Of a stretch of DNA of 33,625 bases, positions 1-9,340 are shown piece after piece. Made by a program: the position numbers and the translations under genes. How positions within the stretch are numbered: the stretch's first letter is position 1; each line of letters opens with the position of its first letter. A model generated the notes under the pieces. The model worked only from the letters and a program-made list of their open reading frames with translations. It did not search any database and was not told where the DNA came from. Origin of the DNA: Hormoscilla sp. (lineage in GTDB: Bacteria; Cyanobacteriota; Cyanobacteriia; Cyanobacteriales; Desertifilaceae); NCBI GenBank assembly GCA_051439505.1, contig JBFRWI010000041.1, forward strand, positions 1 to 33,625, in the 5' to 3' direction.

Positions 1-1
1 C

Positions 2-1108
2 GTTGTATGTGCCCGCATCCAGGCCAGTGAAGCTGTAGTTACCATTGGGCCCGGTGATGGTGGACCGTTCGTTGTTATCCAGGATGTTGTTGTTGTTGGC
101 ATCCAGGAAGATCGTGAAACCTTGCAGTCCTGGTTCCCCGCCATCGCGGATACCGTTCTCATTGCTATCTAGGAACTTGACACCGCTGATATTGACTGGC
201 AGTTCGGCGTTCCCGAAGTTCACTCCCGTCCGGTCTTGCCCTGCTGGCAGCACGATGGTCGGGTTGCTTGTGGTTTGTTGGAAACCTACTTGCTGCACTT
301 CCCGCACGTTGTAGGTGCCCGCATCCAGGCCGTCGAAGCGGTAGTTTCCATTGGGCCCGGTGATGGTGGACCGTTCGTTGTTATCCAGGATGTTGTTGTT
401 GTTGGCATCCAGGAAGATCGTCCAACCTCCCAGTCCTTGTTCTCCTCCATCGCGAATGCCATTTTCATTGGCATCTAGGAACTTGACACCACTGATGGAA
501 CTTACTGGCTCAATACAACCAAAGTTGACGTTCGTCCGACTTTGTCCGGGCGTCAGAGACACTGTCACCAGATCTGGACCAGTTGCTACGAAACCATCCG
601 TATGCACTGCCCGCACGTTGTATGTGCCCGCATCCAGGTTGGTGAAGCTGTAGCTGCCATTGGGCCCGGTGACTGCTGAGCGTTCGTTGTTATCCAGGAC
701 GCCATTGTTGTTGGCATCCAGGAAGATCGTGAAACCTTGCAGTCCTGGTTCCCCGCCATCGCGGATACCGTTCTCATTGCTATCTAGGAACTTGACACCG
801 CTGATATTGACTGGCAGTTCGGCGTTACCAATGTTTACAATGTTGGCGGTAATGACGATCGTCTCAGGGGGGGTAGTTTGCTCGAAACCTGGTTGTAGTA
901 TTTCTCTGACTGTATATCTGCCTGGATCGAGGTTGGAAAAGTCATAGTTCCCATTGGCATCAGTGATCGTCCTGAGTTCATCATTGTCAAGGATGCCATT
1001 GTCGTTCTCATCCAGGAAAATCGTCCAACCCTGAAGACCGGGTTCCCCTGGTTGTTGTATCCCGTCGCTATTATTGTCGAGAAATTTGATTCCTCTGATA
1101 TTTGACAT
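2..1108 (-). CDS. Large surface/secreted protein with tandem SdrD B-like (Ca-binding Ig-like) repeats; 5' part only, runs off the left edge
   Basis: Absent from the ORF track because it has no stop in the window. ATG at 1108 with GAGG upstream. Manual translation MSNIRGIKFLDNNSDGIQQPGEPGLQGWTIFLDENDNGILDNDELRTITDANGNYDFSNLDPGRYTVRE..., repeated about 4 times (~100 aa units with G.KFLD.N.NG..D.GE.GL.G.TIFLD.N.N and T..NGNY.F..L..G.Y.VRE). Confidence 0.9.
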   Translation of the reverse strand, partial: MSNIRGIKFLDNNSDGIQQPGEPGLQGWTIFLDENDNGILDNDELRTITDANGNYDFSNLDPGRYTVREILQPGFEQTTPPETIVITANIVNIGNAELPVNISGVKFLDSNENGIRDGGEPGLQGFTIFLDANNNGVLDNNERSAVTGPNGSYSFTNLDAGTYNVRAVHTDGFVATGPDLVTVSLTPGQSRTNVNFGCIEPVSSISGVKFLDANENGIRDGGEQGLGGWTIFLDANNNNILDNNERSTITGPNGNYRFDGLDAGTYNVREVQQVGFQQTTSNPTIVLPAGQDRTGVNFGNAELPVNISGVKFLDSNENGIRDGGEPGLQGFTIFLDANNNNILDNNERSTITGPNGNYSFTGLDAGTYN

Positions 1109-1441
1109 AGTGCCTCACACCTGTGTGACTATTTATTTATTTAAAGTATCGCCTGCTAGAGAATATCGTGCTCAACTTTGGCGATCGCCTGATGATTCCG
1201 TCAGTCTAGCAGCCATCTAGAGTCCTGGATCCATTTTGATGTTGCCAGAATATACCGGGATTCAAAATCGATCCTACTGATTTCGGATTATACTCCAGAT
1301 TTTTGCCACCATAAACTTAGATGCTCTCTGGCTTTTTGTCAAGGGGGGGGGAGCAAGAGCAAACAGCAAACAGCAAACGTAAAACCATATTTATTCATTC
1401 CAAGTACAATGAAGACAAATTGCTCAAACTCTCAGACCCTC

Positions 1442-2047
1442 ATGATTCCTACCGTTATCGAACAATCCGGTCGTGGCGAACGTGCTTTTGATATCTACTC
1501 CCGGTTGTTGCGGGAGCGCATTATCTTCCTGGGACAAGCGATCGACGCCGATGTGGCCAATCTCGTTGTGGCCCAACTGCTGTTTCTAGACGCCGAAGAC
1601 CCAGAGAAGGACATTTATCTCTATGTCAACTCACCGGGCGGCTCTGTCACAGCTGGTATGGGAATTTTCGACACCATAAATCAGATCCGTCCTCATGTTT
1701 GTACCATCTGCGTAGGATTAGCCGCTAGCATGGGTGCTTTTCTGCTGAGCGCCGGTGCCAAGGGAAAGCGCATGAGTCTGCCTCATTCCCGGATCATGAT
1801 CCATCAACCCCTAGGTGGTGCTCAGGGACAAGCGACTGACATTGAGATTCAGGCTAAGGAAATACTATATCATAAGCAACGACTGAATGAGTTGTTGGCT
1901 CAACATACTGGTCAACCGCTAACACGGATCGAGCAGGATACCGAACGGGATTTCTTCATGTCGGCAGCAGAAGCAAAGGACTATGGCCTCGTGGACCAAG
2001 TGATTAGCCGCCGGCCATCGGCGACTAAGCCGGTGGCCGCAAGTTAG
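1442..2047 (+). CDS. clpP: ATP-dependent Clp protease proteolytic subunit
   Basis: [47 protein letters not shown] (catalytic Ser), RIMIHQP (His), [12 protein letters not shown] 1442 fits the cyanobacterial ClpP N-terminus; the ORF track starts at 1409. Confidence 0.97.
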   Translation: MIPTVIEQSGRGERAFDIYSRLLRERIIFLGQAIDADVANLVVAQLLFLDAEDPEKDIYLYVNSPGGSVTAGMGIFDTINQIRPHVCTICVGLAASMGAFLLSAGAKGKRMSLPHSRIMIHQPLGGAQGQATDIEIQAKEILYHKQRLNELLAQHTGQPLTRIEQDTERDFFMSAAEAKDYGLVDQVISRRPSATKPVAAS

Positions 2048-2067
2048 CGCGAACCGTTCCGGAGAAA

Positions 2068-2095
2068 TCGGGTGTAGTTCAGATCCTGCACCCGA
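2068..2095. terminator. Stem-loop between convergent clpP and the 2107..2979 gene
   Basis: TCGGGTGTAG-N8-CTGCACCCGA, 10-bp stem with one G-U pair; no clear U-tract. Confidence 0.5.
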
Positions 2096-2106
2096 CCGGT
2101 ATAATG

Positions 2107-2979
2107 TCAAAATAGGCCCTGGTTCGGTTGCGGTTGAGATTGCAGGTAATCCAGGAATTCCTGTAATTGCTGACAATTAAGAAGGAACCGCGATCGCTGG
2201 TTGTAGGTTTGTACTAGATATTCTCGCCCTTGCTCTTCAGTCCAGTCCAAACGCTTGAGTTCGAGGGTAGTTTGGGAGTAGGCTTGCAGGTAGTGCCAAA
2301 ATTCCAGCAACTGATCGTCGTTCAGGAGCGATCGCTCTGGTTGGCCATATATCCCGTCAAGATATTTTCTTTCTTTGTCAAGATCCCAACCCACCTGCTC
2401 TAGCTCAACTGTAATTTTATCGCTCACATCCAAGTAATCGAACGATGAAGGCGATGCCTGGGTAGTCTCATCCGACATCCCATCGGTTTGACTAGACTGA
2501 CGCTCGTAACCGGCAGACCAAATTTCGGCATCGTTAGGATCGCCGGTTGCATCTGTAGGTTCTGCGATCGCCCCTAATACATTGTCGATACTATTGGAAG
2601 AGTTGCTAGTAACATATACAGAGGCATCAGCAGCTACGGTCTTAGGGGTTGACCGGCGGTCAAAGGAACTGCTATGGGTACCGGTGGTAATAGGAGTTGT
2701 GGGCGGGTTGCTGGAAACAGATGTTTGCTTTATCTGGGAAACAGGGGTTTGAGGTTGGGTCGGTGCTGGTGGGTCCGACACTATTCCCAAAACTGCGATC
2801 GCTCTCGCACGTGCTTGGTCTTCTGCCTGTTCTATACTAGAGGCCCCTGCCATACCAGAAGCTAAGGTAACTCCCCCAACCTGAACCAGGACGCGAACTA
2901 TATAAGTCCCCCGTTCGACCAGCAGCAACTCAGAAATTAAACTACCAGTTGGATAATGGGCGCGGAATTGAGTACACAT
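2107..2979 (-). CDS. Hypothetical protein: N-terminal alpha/beta domain, Ser/Thr/Pro-rich linker, duplicated C-terminal helical motif
   Basis: 290-aa ORF with a modular composition and two copies of EL....W......YL...Y....R.LLN..QL.EF..YLQ. Confidence 0.85.
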   Translation of the reverse strand: MCTQFRAHYPTGSLISELLLVERGTYIVRVLVQVGGVTLASGMAGASSIEQAEDQARARAIAVLGIVSDPPAPTQPQTPVSQIKQTSVSSNPPTTPITTGTHSSSFDRRSTPKTVAADASVYVTSNSSNSIDNVLGAIAEPTDATGDPNDAEIWSAGYERQSSQTDGMSDETTQASPSSFDYLDVSDKITVELEQVGWDLDKERKYLDGIYGQPERSLLNDDQLLEFWHYLQAYSQTTLELKRLDWTEEQGREYLVQTYNQRSRFLLNCQQLQEFLDYLQSQPQPNQGLF

Positions 2980-3218
2980 AGGGTTATCAGATGTCTTGTG
3001 AATACGGCGCGCGCGATCGCAGCAACTCGTCGCCTAGCTGCTGCCAGGTAAATCAGGCTATCAAGTTCCGGCATGATTCACCATTATGTTACCATAACCC
3101 AAAAATGTCAAAAAGGGATCTATGATAAGTAGTCGTGCAAAATTATTTTTAGATTTGAACTTTTAGTCAACAAGGCTAGAACCCTTGATCTGTAATAATC
3201 TGAAGCTCTCTGGAGTCC

Positions 3219-3252
3219 AACTACGAACTACGAACTACGAACTACGAACTAC
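3219..3252 (+). repeat. Heptamer tandem repeat (AACTACG) x ~5
   Basis: aactacg aactacg aactacg aactacg aactac. Confidence 0.9.
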
Positions 3253-3309
3253 TTATCATACCCCCGAACCCTCAAAGACGATCGATCCTGAAAAGAGCCA
3301 TAGCGGACA

Positions 3310-3801
3310 ATGCTAAAAGATAATCCGGCCTTGATGAGTGACGCTAACCGCCTACTATTCCTCCAGAAAGTGCCAATTTTTAGAGAAATAAAGAGCGAAG
3401 TTTTCCTGGAGCAACTGGCGACCAACTTAGATGAGGTTGTATTTCCATCCGGTCACTGCATTTTTACTCAAGGGGAGGAAGGGCATTTACTTTACATTCT
3501 GGTAGAGGGCAAAATTAAGATTCATATTGAGGATTTACCCCTCGCCCAGTTAGAACCAGTAGCATATTTTGGCGAGATGGCTTTGCTGGCTTCTCAGCCC
3601 CGTTCGGCTTCCGCGATCGCGGTTTCGGACTCTAGGTGTTTAGTCTTAACTCAAGAACAAGTATATCAAGCGATCGAGTCAAGTCCATCAGTATCCATAA
3701 ACATAATTCGGGTACTATGTCAGCGAGTGAGAAAGCTAAATCGGATGTTTGGAGCATCGGAAGACAGATTTTACGAGATAGTTAAAAGGCAAGTATTATG
3801 A
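3310..3801 (+). CDS. Stand-alone cyclic nucleotide-binding (cNMP/Crp-type) domain protein, no HTH
   Basis: VPIF, IFTQGEEGHLLYILVEG, YFGEMALL..QPRSASA phosphate-binding cassette. Confidence 0.9.
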   Translation: MLKDNPALMSDANRLLFLQKVPIFREIKSEVFLEQLATNLDEVVFPSGHCIFTQGEEGHLLYILVEGKIKIHIEDLPLAQLEPVAYFGEMALLASQPRSASAIAVSDSRCLVLTQEQVYQAIESSPSVSINIIRVLCQRVRKLNRMFGASEDRFYEIVKRQVL

Positions 3802-4868
3802 TGCGGGTTCAATCAAACTTACAACTGCTGCAAGAAGTACCAATTTTTAGAGAAATAGAGCAGCCCAAATTCCTGTCACCAATCGCGGCAAACCTAGAAG
3901 AGGTTGAGTTTGCCGCTGGACACACGATTTTCAAACAAGGAGAATCAGGGTCATTACTTTACATTGTCGTGTCTGGTACGATTCAGGTTCACATTGGTGG
4001 TTTGCAGCTAGCAAAATTGGGGCCAGGAGACTATTTTGGTGAGATGTCTTTATTTGACTCAGAGCCCCATTCTGCTTCAGTAACGACGCTAGAAGTATCT
4101 AAATGTTTAGTATTAACCCAGCAGTTAATTTATCAAGTCATTAAGTCAAGCCCGGAGATTGGACTGAACGTAATTCGCATCCTCTGTCAGCGCGTCCGCA
4201 AACTGAACCTGCATATTAGCGCGTGGTTGCGAGGTCTGCTCACAGTTGCTTGGGCAGATAACGAATACAGTCAGGAAGAAAAAGATTTAATTCAGGGGCT
4301 GATTAAAGATGACCTCGGTCCCAATACGAATATCGGCGCTCTCAAGCCAATTGCGGCACCAGAGTTAGCCGTTGCTTTGGCGGGTGATTTCCCAGTAGCG
4401 GAGAATTTCTTGAGGACTGCTGTGATTGTGGCCTTAGCCAATGGGACTTATTCTGAAGCAGAAGACCGAGTATTGCGCGAATTCTGTACGGCATTAGGTC
4501 AAACAGAGGAAATTCTCGATACCCTGAGACTGCTCCTGATTGATAATGACATAGAAAAGCAAAAGCAGCACAAAGACTTAGTACATACTTTGCAGTCTAA
4601 GTTTCCCCATGGAGATGTCTTGCATCCAGTTCGCAAATGGTTGGATGAAATGGATATTAATACTCCTTATACGGCCAAATTTTTGTGCAAAATGATTCCC
4701 GCCCAATGTCCCTTTGAGCGGGATATTACCCTATTTGGTCACAAGGTTGTGCATATTCCTCCCATGTGTAAGATCAACCCTTTGTACGAGCAGTTAGTGG
4801 GCCTGCGGTTCCGGGCACTGTCCTATCTAGCCGATCAATGTGGAGAGGACATCTCTAGTTACATATAG
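3798..4868 (+). CDS. cNMP-binding domain fused to a TerB-like region and a Mo-dependent nitrogenase C-terminal (Mo-nitro_C)-like domain
   Basis: N-terminal cNMP motif FGEMSLFDSEPHSAS. Middle WLRGLLTVAWADNEYSQEE and FLRTAVIVALANGTYSEAE (TerB-like). C-terminal LCKMIPAQCPFERDITLFGHKVVHIPPMCKINPLYEQLVGLRFRAL. ATGA overlap with the upstream gene. Confidence 0.88.
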   Translation: MMRVQSNLQLLQEVPIFREIEQPKFLSPIAANLEEVEFAAGHTIFKQGESGSLLYIVVSGTIQVHIGGLQLAKLGPGDYFGEMSLFDSEPHSASVTTLEVSKCLVLTQQLIYQVIKSSPEIGLNVIRILCQRVRKLNLHISAWLRGLLTVAWADNEYSQEEKDLIQGLIKDDLGPNTNIGALKPIAAPELAVALAGDFPVAENFLRTAVIVALANGTYSEAEDRVLREFCTALGQTEEILDTLRLLLIDNDIEKQKQHKDLVHTLQSKFPHGDVLHPVRKWLDEMDINTPYTAKFLCKMIPAQCPFERDITLFGHKVVHIPPMCKINPLYEQLVGLRFRALSYLADQCGEDISSYI

Positions 4869-4877
4869 CAACAGTCA

Positions 4878-4905
4878 GGCTAATGGCTACAATTAGCCAT
4901 TAGCC
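4878..4905. terminator. Perfect 12-bp hairpin between convergent genes; probable bidirectional terminator or RNA stabiliser
   Basis: GGCTAATGGCTA-CAAT-TAGCCATTAGCC. Confidence 0.65.
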
Positions 4906-4916
4906 ACTCGTGAAGA

Positions 4917-5366
4917 TTACTCATGAATCCAAGACTTCAAGCTGGGTTCCCAACTGACGAGTTCTTCTTCTTTGAACCAGAGGTTAATTTCCCGCTGTGC
5001 GGTCTCTATGGCGTCTGACCCGTGGATGAGATTGCGACCAACATCAACGCCAAAGTCTCCACGAATGGTTCCGGGTTCAGCGGTGAGGGGGTTAGTGGCA
5101 CCGATGATTTTTCTGGCAGACGCCACGACGCCATCACCTTCCCAAACCATAGCAACGACGGGTCCAGAAGTGATGAACTCAATTAAACTGGAAAAAAAAG
5201 GTCTTTCTTTGTGGACCTCGTAATGCTTTTCCGCCAGTTCGCGGCTGACGTTCATTAGCTTCAAGCCCACTAGGGTAAAGCCTTTGGCCTCAAACCGGCG
5301 GATAATATCGCCTACGAGCGATCGCTGGACTCCATCAGGCTTAATGGCTAAAAAAGTTCGTTCCAT
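4917..5366 (-). CDS. ndk: Nucleoside-diphosphate kinase
   Basis: [36 protein letters not shown] catalytic His motif. Confidence 0.98.
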   Translation of the reverse strand: MERTFLAIKPDGVQRSLVGDIIRRFEAKGFTLVGLKLMNVSRELAEKHYEVHKERPFFSSLIEFITSGPVVAMVWEGDGVVASARKIIGATNPLTAEPGTIRGDFGVDVGRNLIHGSDAIETAQREINLWFKEEELVSWEPSLKSWIHE

Positions 5367-5662
5367 GGCAGTCTCCTCTTGGCATTATATGGGGTGGCGA
5401 TGTCTCCACCGGTGGAGACACCGCCCTAGTCGGCGATTTGGGATCATTTGAGCATGCTCATGATTCGATCGCGACAAATATTATATTATCAGAGTGCGGA
5501 GTTATTTTTTCCGATCTGTGGCACGGGCGTCCCCACTGTGGCGCGGGCGTCCCCGCCTGAGCGAGTGCCATAGATCGCACATTCGGTGTTTGGCCGCATA
5601 TTGATGACCAGTGGTAACGGGTAGAAGCAATTCCAGATTTAAGCCGTGAGGCGAAGACAAAA

Positions 5663-7645
5663 ATGGAGCTAGAGGTAGAAATGAATCAAACTTATCTTGA
5701 CTCAAAGGTTAAAGTTATTCCCAAGGAGGCGGCACTGGTAAAACAAGAAAAGACATCTGTGTGGACGATCGAGGCTTCTGAGGAATTATATCGGATTAAT
5801 GGCTGGGGAGAACCATATTTTTCGATTAACGCAGCGGGTCACGTGACGGTTTCGCCCAAAGGCGATCGGGGAGGTTCCCTAGACTTGTATGAACTGGTTG
5901 AGGCCCTCAAGCAGCGCCACCTGGAACTGCCGATATTAATTCGCTTTTCTGATATTTTAGCAGATCGGCTAGAACGGTTGCAAGCTTGTTTTGCTAAGGC
6001 GATCGAGCGTTACAAGTATCCAGGTATCTATCAGGGAGTGTTTCCAGTCAAATGCAATCAGCATCGCCAGCTAGTTGAGGATTTAGTAGCATTTGGCCAA
6101 CCGCATCAATTTGGTCTAGAAGCCGGTTCTAAGCCAGAATTGATGATTGCCTTAGCAACCTTAAATAGTCCGGAAGCCCTGCTCATCTGTAATGGCTACA
6201 AAGACCGGGAGTACATAGAAAAGGCAATTCTAGCTCAACGTTTGGGGAAAAAAATTATTATTGTTCTCGAACAGCTCTCGGAAGTCCAGATGGTCATTGC
6301 CGCATCGCGAGAACTAGGCATTAAGCCAATTGTGGGGATTCGTGCTAAACTGAGTACCCAAGGAATGGGCCGCTGGGGAAAATCAACGGGCGATCGGGCG
6401 AAGTTTGGCTTGACAATTCCTGAGATAATCGAGGCCGTAGAGCAGCTCCTCCGAGCAGAAATGCTGTCTTCATTACAGCTGTTACACTTTCATATAGGTT
6501 CTCAAATTCCTGCCATCATCGCGATCAAAGATGCCATTCGAGAAGCCAGCCAGATTTATGTAGAATTGGCGAAGCTGGGAGCTAAGATGAAATATCTGGA
6601 TGTCGGGGGTGGATTGGCAGTAGACTACGACGGGTCAAAAACAAATTTCTACGCCTCGAAAAACTACAATATGCAAAATTATGCCAATGATATTGTAGCA
6701 GAGGTGAAGGAAGCCTGTGCCGAGGCCCAAGTGGATGTGCCGGTATTAGTGACGGAAAGTGGCAGGGCGATCGCGGCCCATCAATCAGTGCTAATTTTTG
6801 ACATTTTGGGCACCAGTGATGTCCCCACAGAAACACCAGAACCAGCGACAGATAAAGAGCATCTGATTATCCGCAATCTGTGGGAAACTTACCAATCAAT
6901 CACCGTGGATAACTATCAGGAAAGCTACCATGATGCCCTCCAATTCAAAGAAGAAGCCATCAGTCTGTTTAACTTTGGCTATCTCAGCCTGCCTCAGCGA
7001 GCCAGGGCCGAGCGACTTTATTGGGCTTGTTGTACTAAAATTGGGGCGATCGCTCGCGAGCAGGAATACGTGCCAGATGATTTGGAAGACTTAGAAAAAA
7101 ACATGGCATCGATTTACTACATGAACATGTCGGTATTCCAGTCAGCACCAGACAGTTGGGCAATTAATCAGCTATTTCCCATTATGCCCATCCATCGACT
7201 GGATGAAGAACCCACGCGACGGGGGACATTAGCCGATCTGACCTGCGATAGCGACGGTAAGATTGACCAATTTATAGATTTGAGGGATGTTAAACATGTA
7301 TTAGAAATGCATCCTCTCAACCCAGGCGAACCCTATTATCTGGGACTGTTCCTTGGGGGTGCCTATCAGGAAATAATGGGCAATTTGCACAACCTGTTTG
7401 GCGACACAAATACAGTCCAAATTGCCTTGACTCCCAAAGGCTACCAGATCAAACAAGTTGTCAAGGGCGATCGGATCGCAGAAGTATTGGGTTATGTCCA
7501 GTACGATGCCGAAGATTTAGTCGAGAGTATCCGCCAGCAGGCAGAAACAGCACTGCAAGAAGGAAAAATTACAATCGCCGAATCTCAGATGTTACTGGAA
7601 AATTACGAGCGGAGTTTAAGCCGCTATACCTATTTATCGAGTTAG
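5663..7645 (+). CDS. speA: Biosynthetic arginine decarboxylase
   Basis: LYRINGWGEPYF, FPVKCNQ (PLP Lys), GLEAGSKPEL, HFHIGSQI, DVGGGLAVDYDG, DLTCDSDG, GAYQEIMGNLHNLFG. Confidence 0.97.
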   Translation: MELEVEMNQTYLDSKVKVIPKEAALVKQEKTSVWTIEASEELYRINGWGEPYFSINAAGHVTVSPKGDRGGSLDLYELVEALKQRHLELPILIRFSDILADRLERLQACFAKAIERYKYPGIYQGVFPVKCNQHRQLVEDLVAFGQPHQFGLEAGSKPELMIALATLNSPEALLICNGYKDREYIEKAILAQRLGKKIIIVLEQLSEVQMVIAASRELGIKPIVGIRAKLSTQGMGRWGKSTGDRAKFGLTIPEIIEAVEQLLRAEMLSSLQLLHFHIGSQIPAIIAIKDAIREASQIYVELAKLGAKMKYLDVGGGLAVDYDGSKTNFYASKNYNMQNYANDIVAEVKEACAEAQVDVPVLVTESGRAIAAHQSVLIFDILGTSDVPTETPEPATDKEHLIIRNLWETYQSITVDNYQESYHDALQFKEEAISLFNFGYLSLPQRARAERLYWACCTKIGAIAREQEYVPDDLEDLEKNMASIYYMNMSVFQSAPDSWAINQLFPIMPIHRLDEEPTRRGTLADLTCDSDGKIDQFIDLRDVKHVLEMHPLNPGEPYYLGLFLGGAYQEIMGNLHNLFGDTNTVQIALTPKGYQIKQVVKGDRIAEVLGYVQYDAEDLVESIRQQAETALQEGKITIAESQMLLENYERSLSRYTYLSS

Positions 7646-7652
7646 CATCATA

Positions 7653-7689
7653 GCTAATGGCTAACGATCGAAGACAATTAGCCATTAGC
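7653..7689. terminator. Hairpin between convergent speA and cugP; same sequence family as 4878..4905
   Basis: GCTAATGGCTAA-N13-TTAGCCATTAGC. Confidence 0.6.
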
Positions 7690-7697
7690 AGTAACTA

Positions 7698-8864
7698 TTA
7701 ACCTTCATTCGCTAGCAGATCGGCGATCGCCTGTCCTTCTGCGGGAGTATAAGGAGGTGGAACTTTACGGGCATCAGTAATCAGCCAATCTAGACCAGCT
7801 GAGTGCATATCAATAGAGGAACCGGTTTTATCCACACAATAACGCCCAAACACCAGCTTATCCACCAAGCGGATACCCTTACTCAAACGGGAATATTCAA
7901 AAATTATGCTATTTTCCACCACTGCGCCGCTACAGATATGACAATTGGGACCGATCATAGTTGGTCCGATAATCTTAGCGCCATCTTCAATGCGAGTCAT
8001 GCCACCAATGTATACCGGTCCTTTAATCTCAACTTTGTCCCAGTTGACCACCAGATTCAGACCCGTGTGGATCCCGGGTGCCACTTCAATACCGGGAATT
8101 GACACATTTTTGATCTTTCCTAGCAGAACATCCCGCACGGCCCGCCAATAGTCTGGTACTTTACCAATGTCCACCCATTGAAAGTCCATGGTAATCCCAT
8201 AAAAGGGCGCACCCATCTCTACCAGTTTAGGAAACAGTTCACTACCGATATCGTACTCTTGCCCTGAAGGGATGTATTCTAACACTTCTGGTTCAAAAAT
8301 ATAAATCCCAGTGTTAATGTTGGTACTGAGGGCTGCTTCGATGGAAGGCTTTTCCTGGAAGGCTTTAATCCGCCCTGTTTCATCGGTCACCACAACCCCG
8401 TAGCTGGACACTTCCTCTCTGGGTACAGATTTCATTACCACGGTGGCGATCGCCCCTTTTGATTTGTGCCAATTGACAGCGGCGGTTAAATCCAGGTCAA
8501 TCAGGGCGTCTCCACATAAGACCACAAAGGTATCGTCAAAGAAGGGGTTGTGGTCCTGAATGCGCCGCATACCACCGGCAGAACCCAGAGCCTCACCTAC
8601 CAATTTACCATCTTCTTCGATCTTACCTTCAAAGGAATAGGCGATCTGAACGCCAAACCGTTGACCGTCACGGAAGTAACTCTCAATTTGTTCGGCCAGG
8701 TGGCTGACATTGACCATGATTTGGTCAAAACCGTGCTGGCGCAAGAGTTCCAGTAAAAATTCCATCACTGGTTTTTGCAGGATAGGAATCATCGGTTTGG
8801 GAACGATATGAGTGATTGGCCGGACACGGGTTCCCTTTCCAGCCGCCAGAATCATGGCTTTCAT
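7698..8864 (-). CDS. cugP: NDP-sugar synthase; cyanobacterial UDP-glucose pyrophosphorylase CugP type (often annotated mannose-1-phosphate guanylyltransferase)
   Basis: MKAMILAAGKGTRVRPIT..PKPMIPILQKPVMEFL, GDALIDLDL, FQEKP, WVDIG, C-terminal hexapeptide repeats. Confidence 0.88.
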   Translation of the reverse strand: MKAMILAAGKGTRVRPITHIVPKPMIPILQKPVMEFLLELLRQHGFDQIMVNVSHLAEQIESYFRDGQRFGVQIAYSFEGKIEEDGKLVGEALGSAGGMRRIQDHNPFFDDTFVVLCGDALIDLDLTAAVNWHKSKGAIATVVMKSVPREEVSSYGVVVTDETGRIKAFQEKPSIEAALSTNINTGIYIFEPEVLEYIPSGQEYDIGSELFPKLVEMGAPFYGITMDFQWVDIGKVPDYWRAVRDVLLGKIKNVSIPGIEVAPGIHTGLNLVVNWDKVEIKGPVYIGGMTRIEDGAKIIGPTMIGPNCHICSGAVVENSIIFEYSRLSKGIRLVDKLVFGRYCVDKTGSSIDMHSAGLDWLITDARKVPPPYTPAEGQAIADLLANEG

Positions 8865-8940
8865 GAATTTTTATGTCTTAAATGAATATACTGCGGTCAA
8901 TTGACATCAATGTCCAAGCAAACTCTAGGGATCCTAGGTC

Positions 8941-8968
8941 ACAGGCTACAGGCTACAGGCTACAGGCT
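8941..8968 (+). repeat. Heptamer tandem repeat (ACAGGCT) x4
   Basis: acaggct x4, followed by a degenerate acgctac. Confidence 0.9.
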
Positions 8969-9340
8969 ACGCTACTGCCGATCGGCGCTGCCGTCACCCC
9001 AGCGTAACACGTATGCATTTAGTAGAGTAGCCTTCGCCCAGGAGGGGCGGGCCGTGCAATGCAAGCGATCGCACCCTCTCTGGATAATACCCTGAGATGA
9101 AGCAGATCGGGAGTAAATGGAGTGATAGTTGTCTTTATCTAATTAATGGGAACCGTTGGTGTCAACGCTCGTGCCCTGATTAGGATCCCCGGTGTTTCTG
9201 GACATAATACCCAAATCACTCTCTACGCATAATAGGATCATTTGCGTTTGCTATATAATTACTAATTAGTGATAATTTATATATTCTTTTTTTTATTTGC
9301 ACTTAAATATTTCCCTTCCCAAGGAGTTAAAAATTGTTAA

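Noticed and set aside
45..947. Plus-strand ORFs 45..314, 236..478, 351..653, 660..947 and short minus-strand ORFs
   Set aside because: Antisense or off-frame shadows of the repetitive SdrD-B gene; their mutual similarity only mirrors its repeats.
1343..1351. G9 tract upstream of clpP as a phase-variation switch
   Set aside because: A single intergenic homopolymer with no mapped promoter context; cannot be supported from sequence alone.
3798..4868. Evidence for nitrogen fixation from the Mo-nitro_C-like domain
   Set aside because: The domain name is historical; no nifHDK-like sequence is present in the window.
8865..9340. Small gene or ncRNA between scpA and cugP (ORF 8901..9095)
   Set aside because: The ORF runs through a heptamer array, minus-strand frames are short or lack starts, and no RNA family was recognised.
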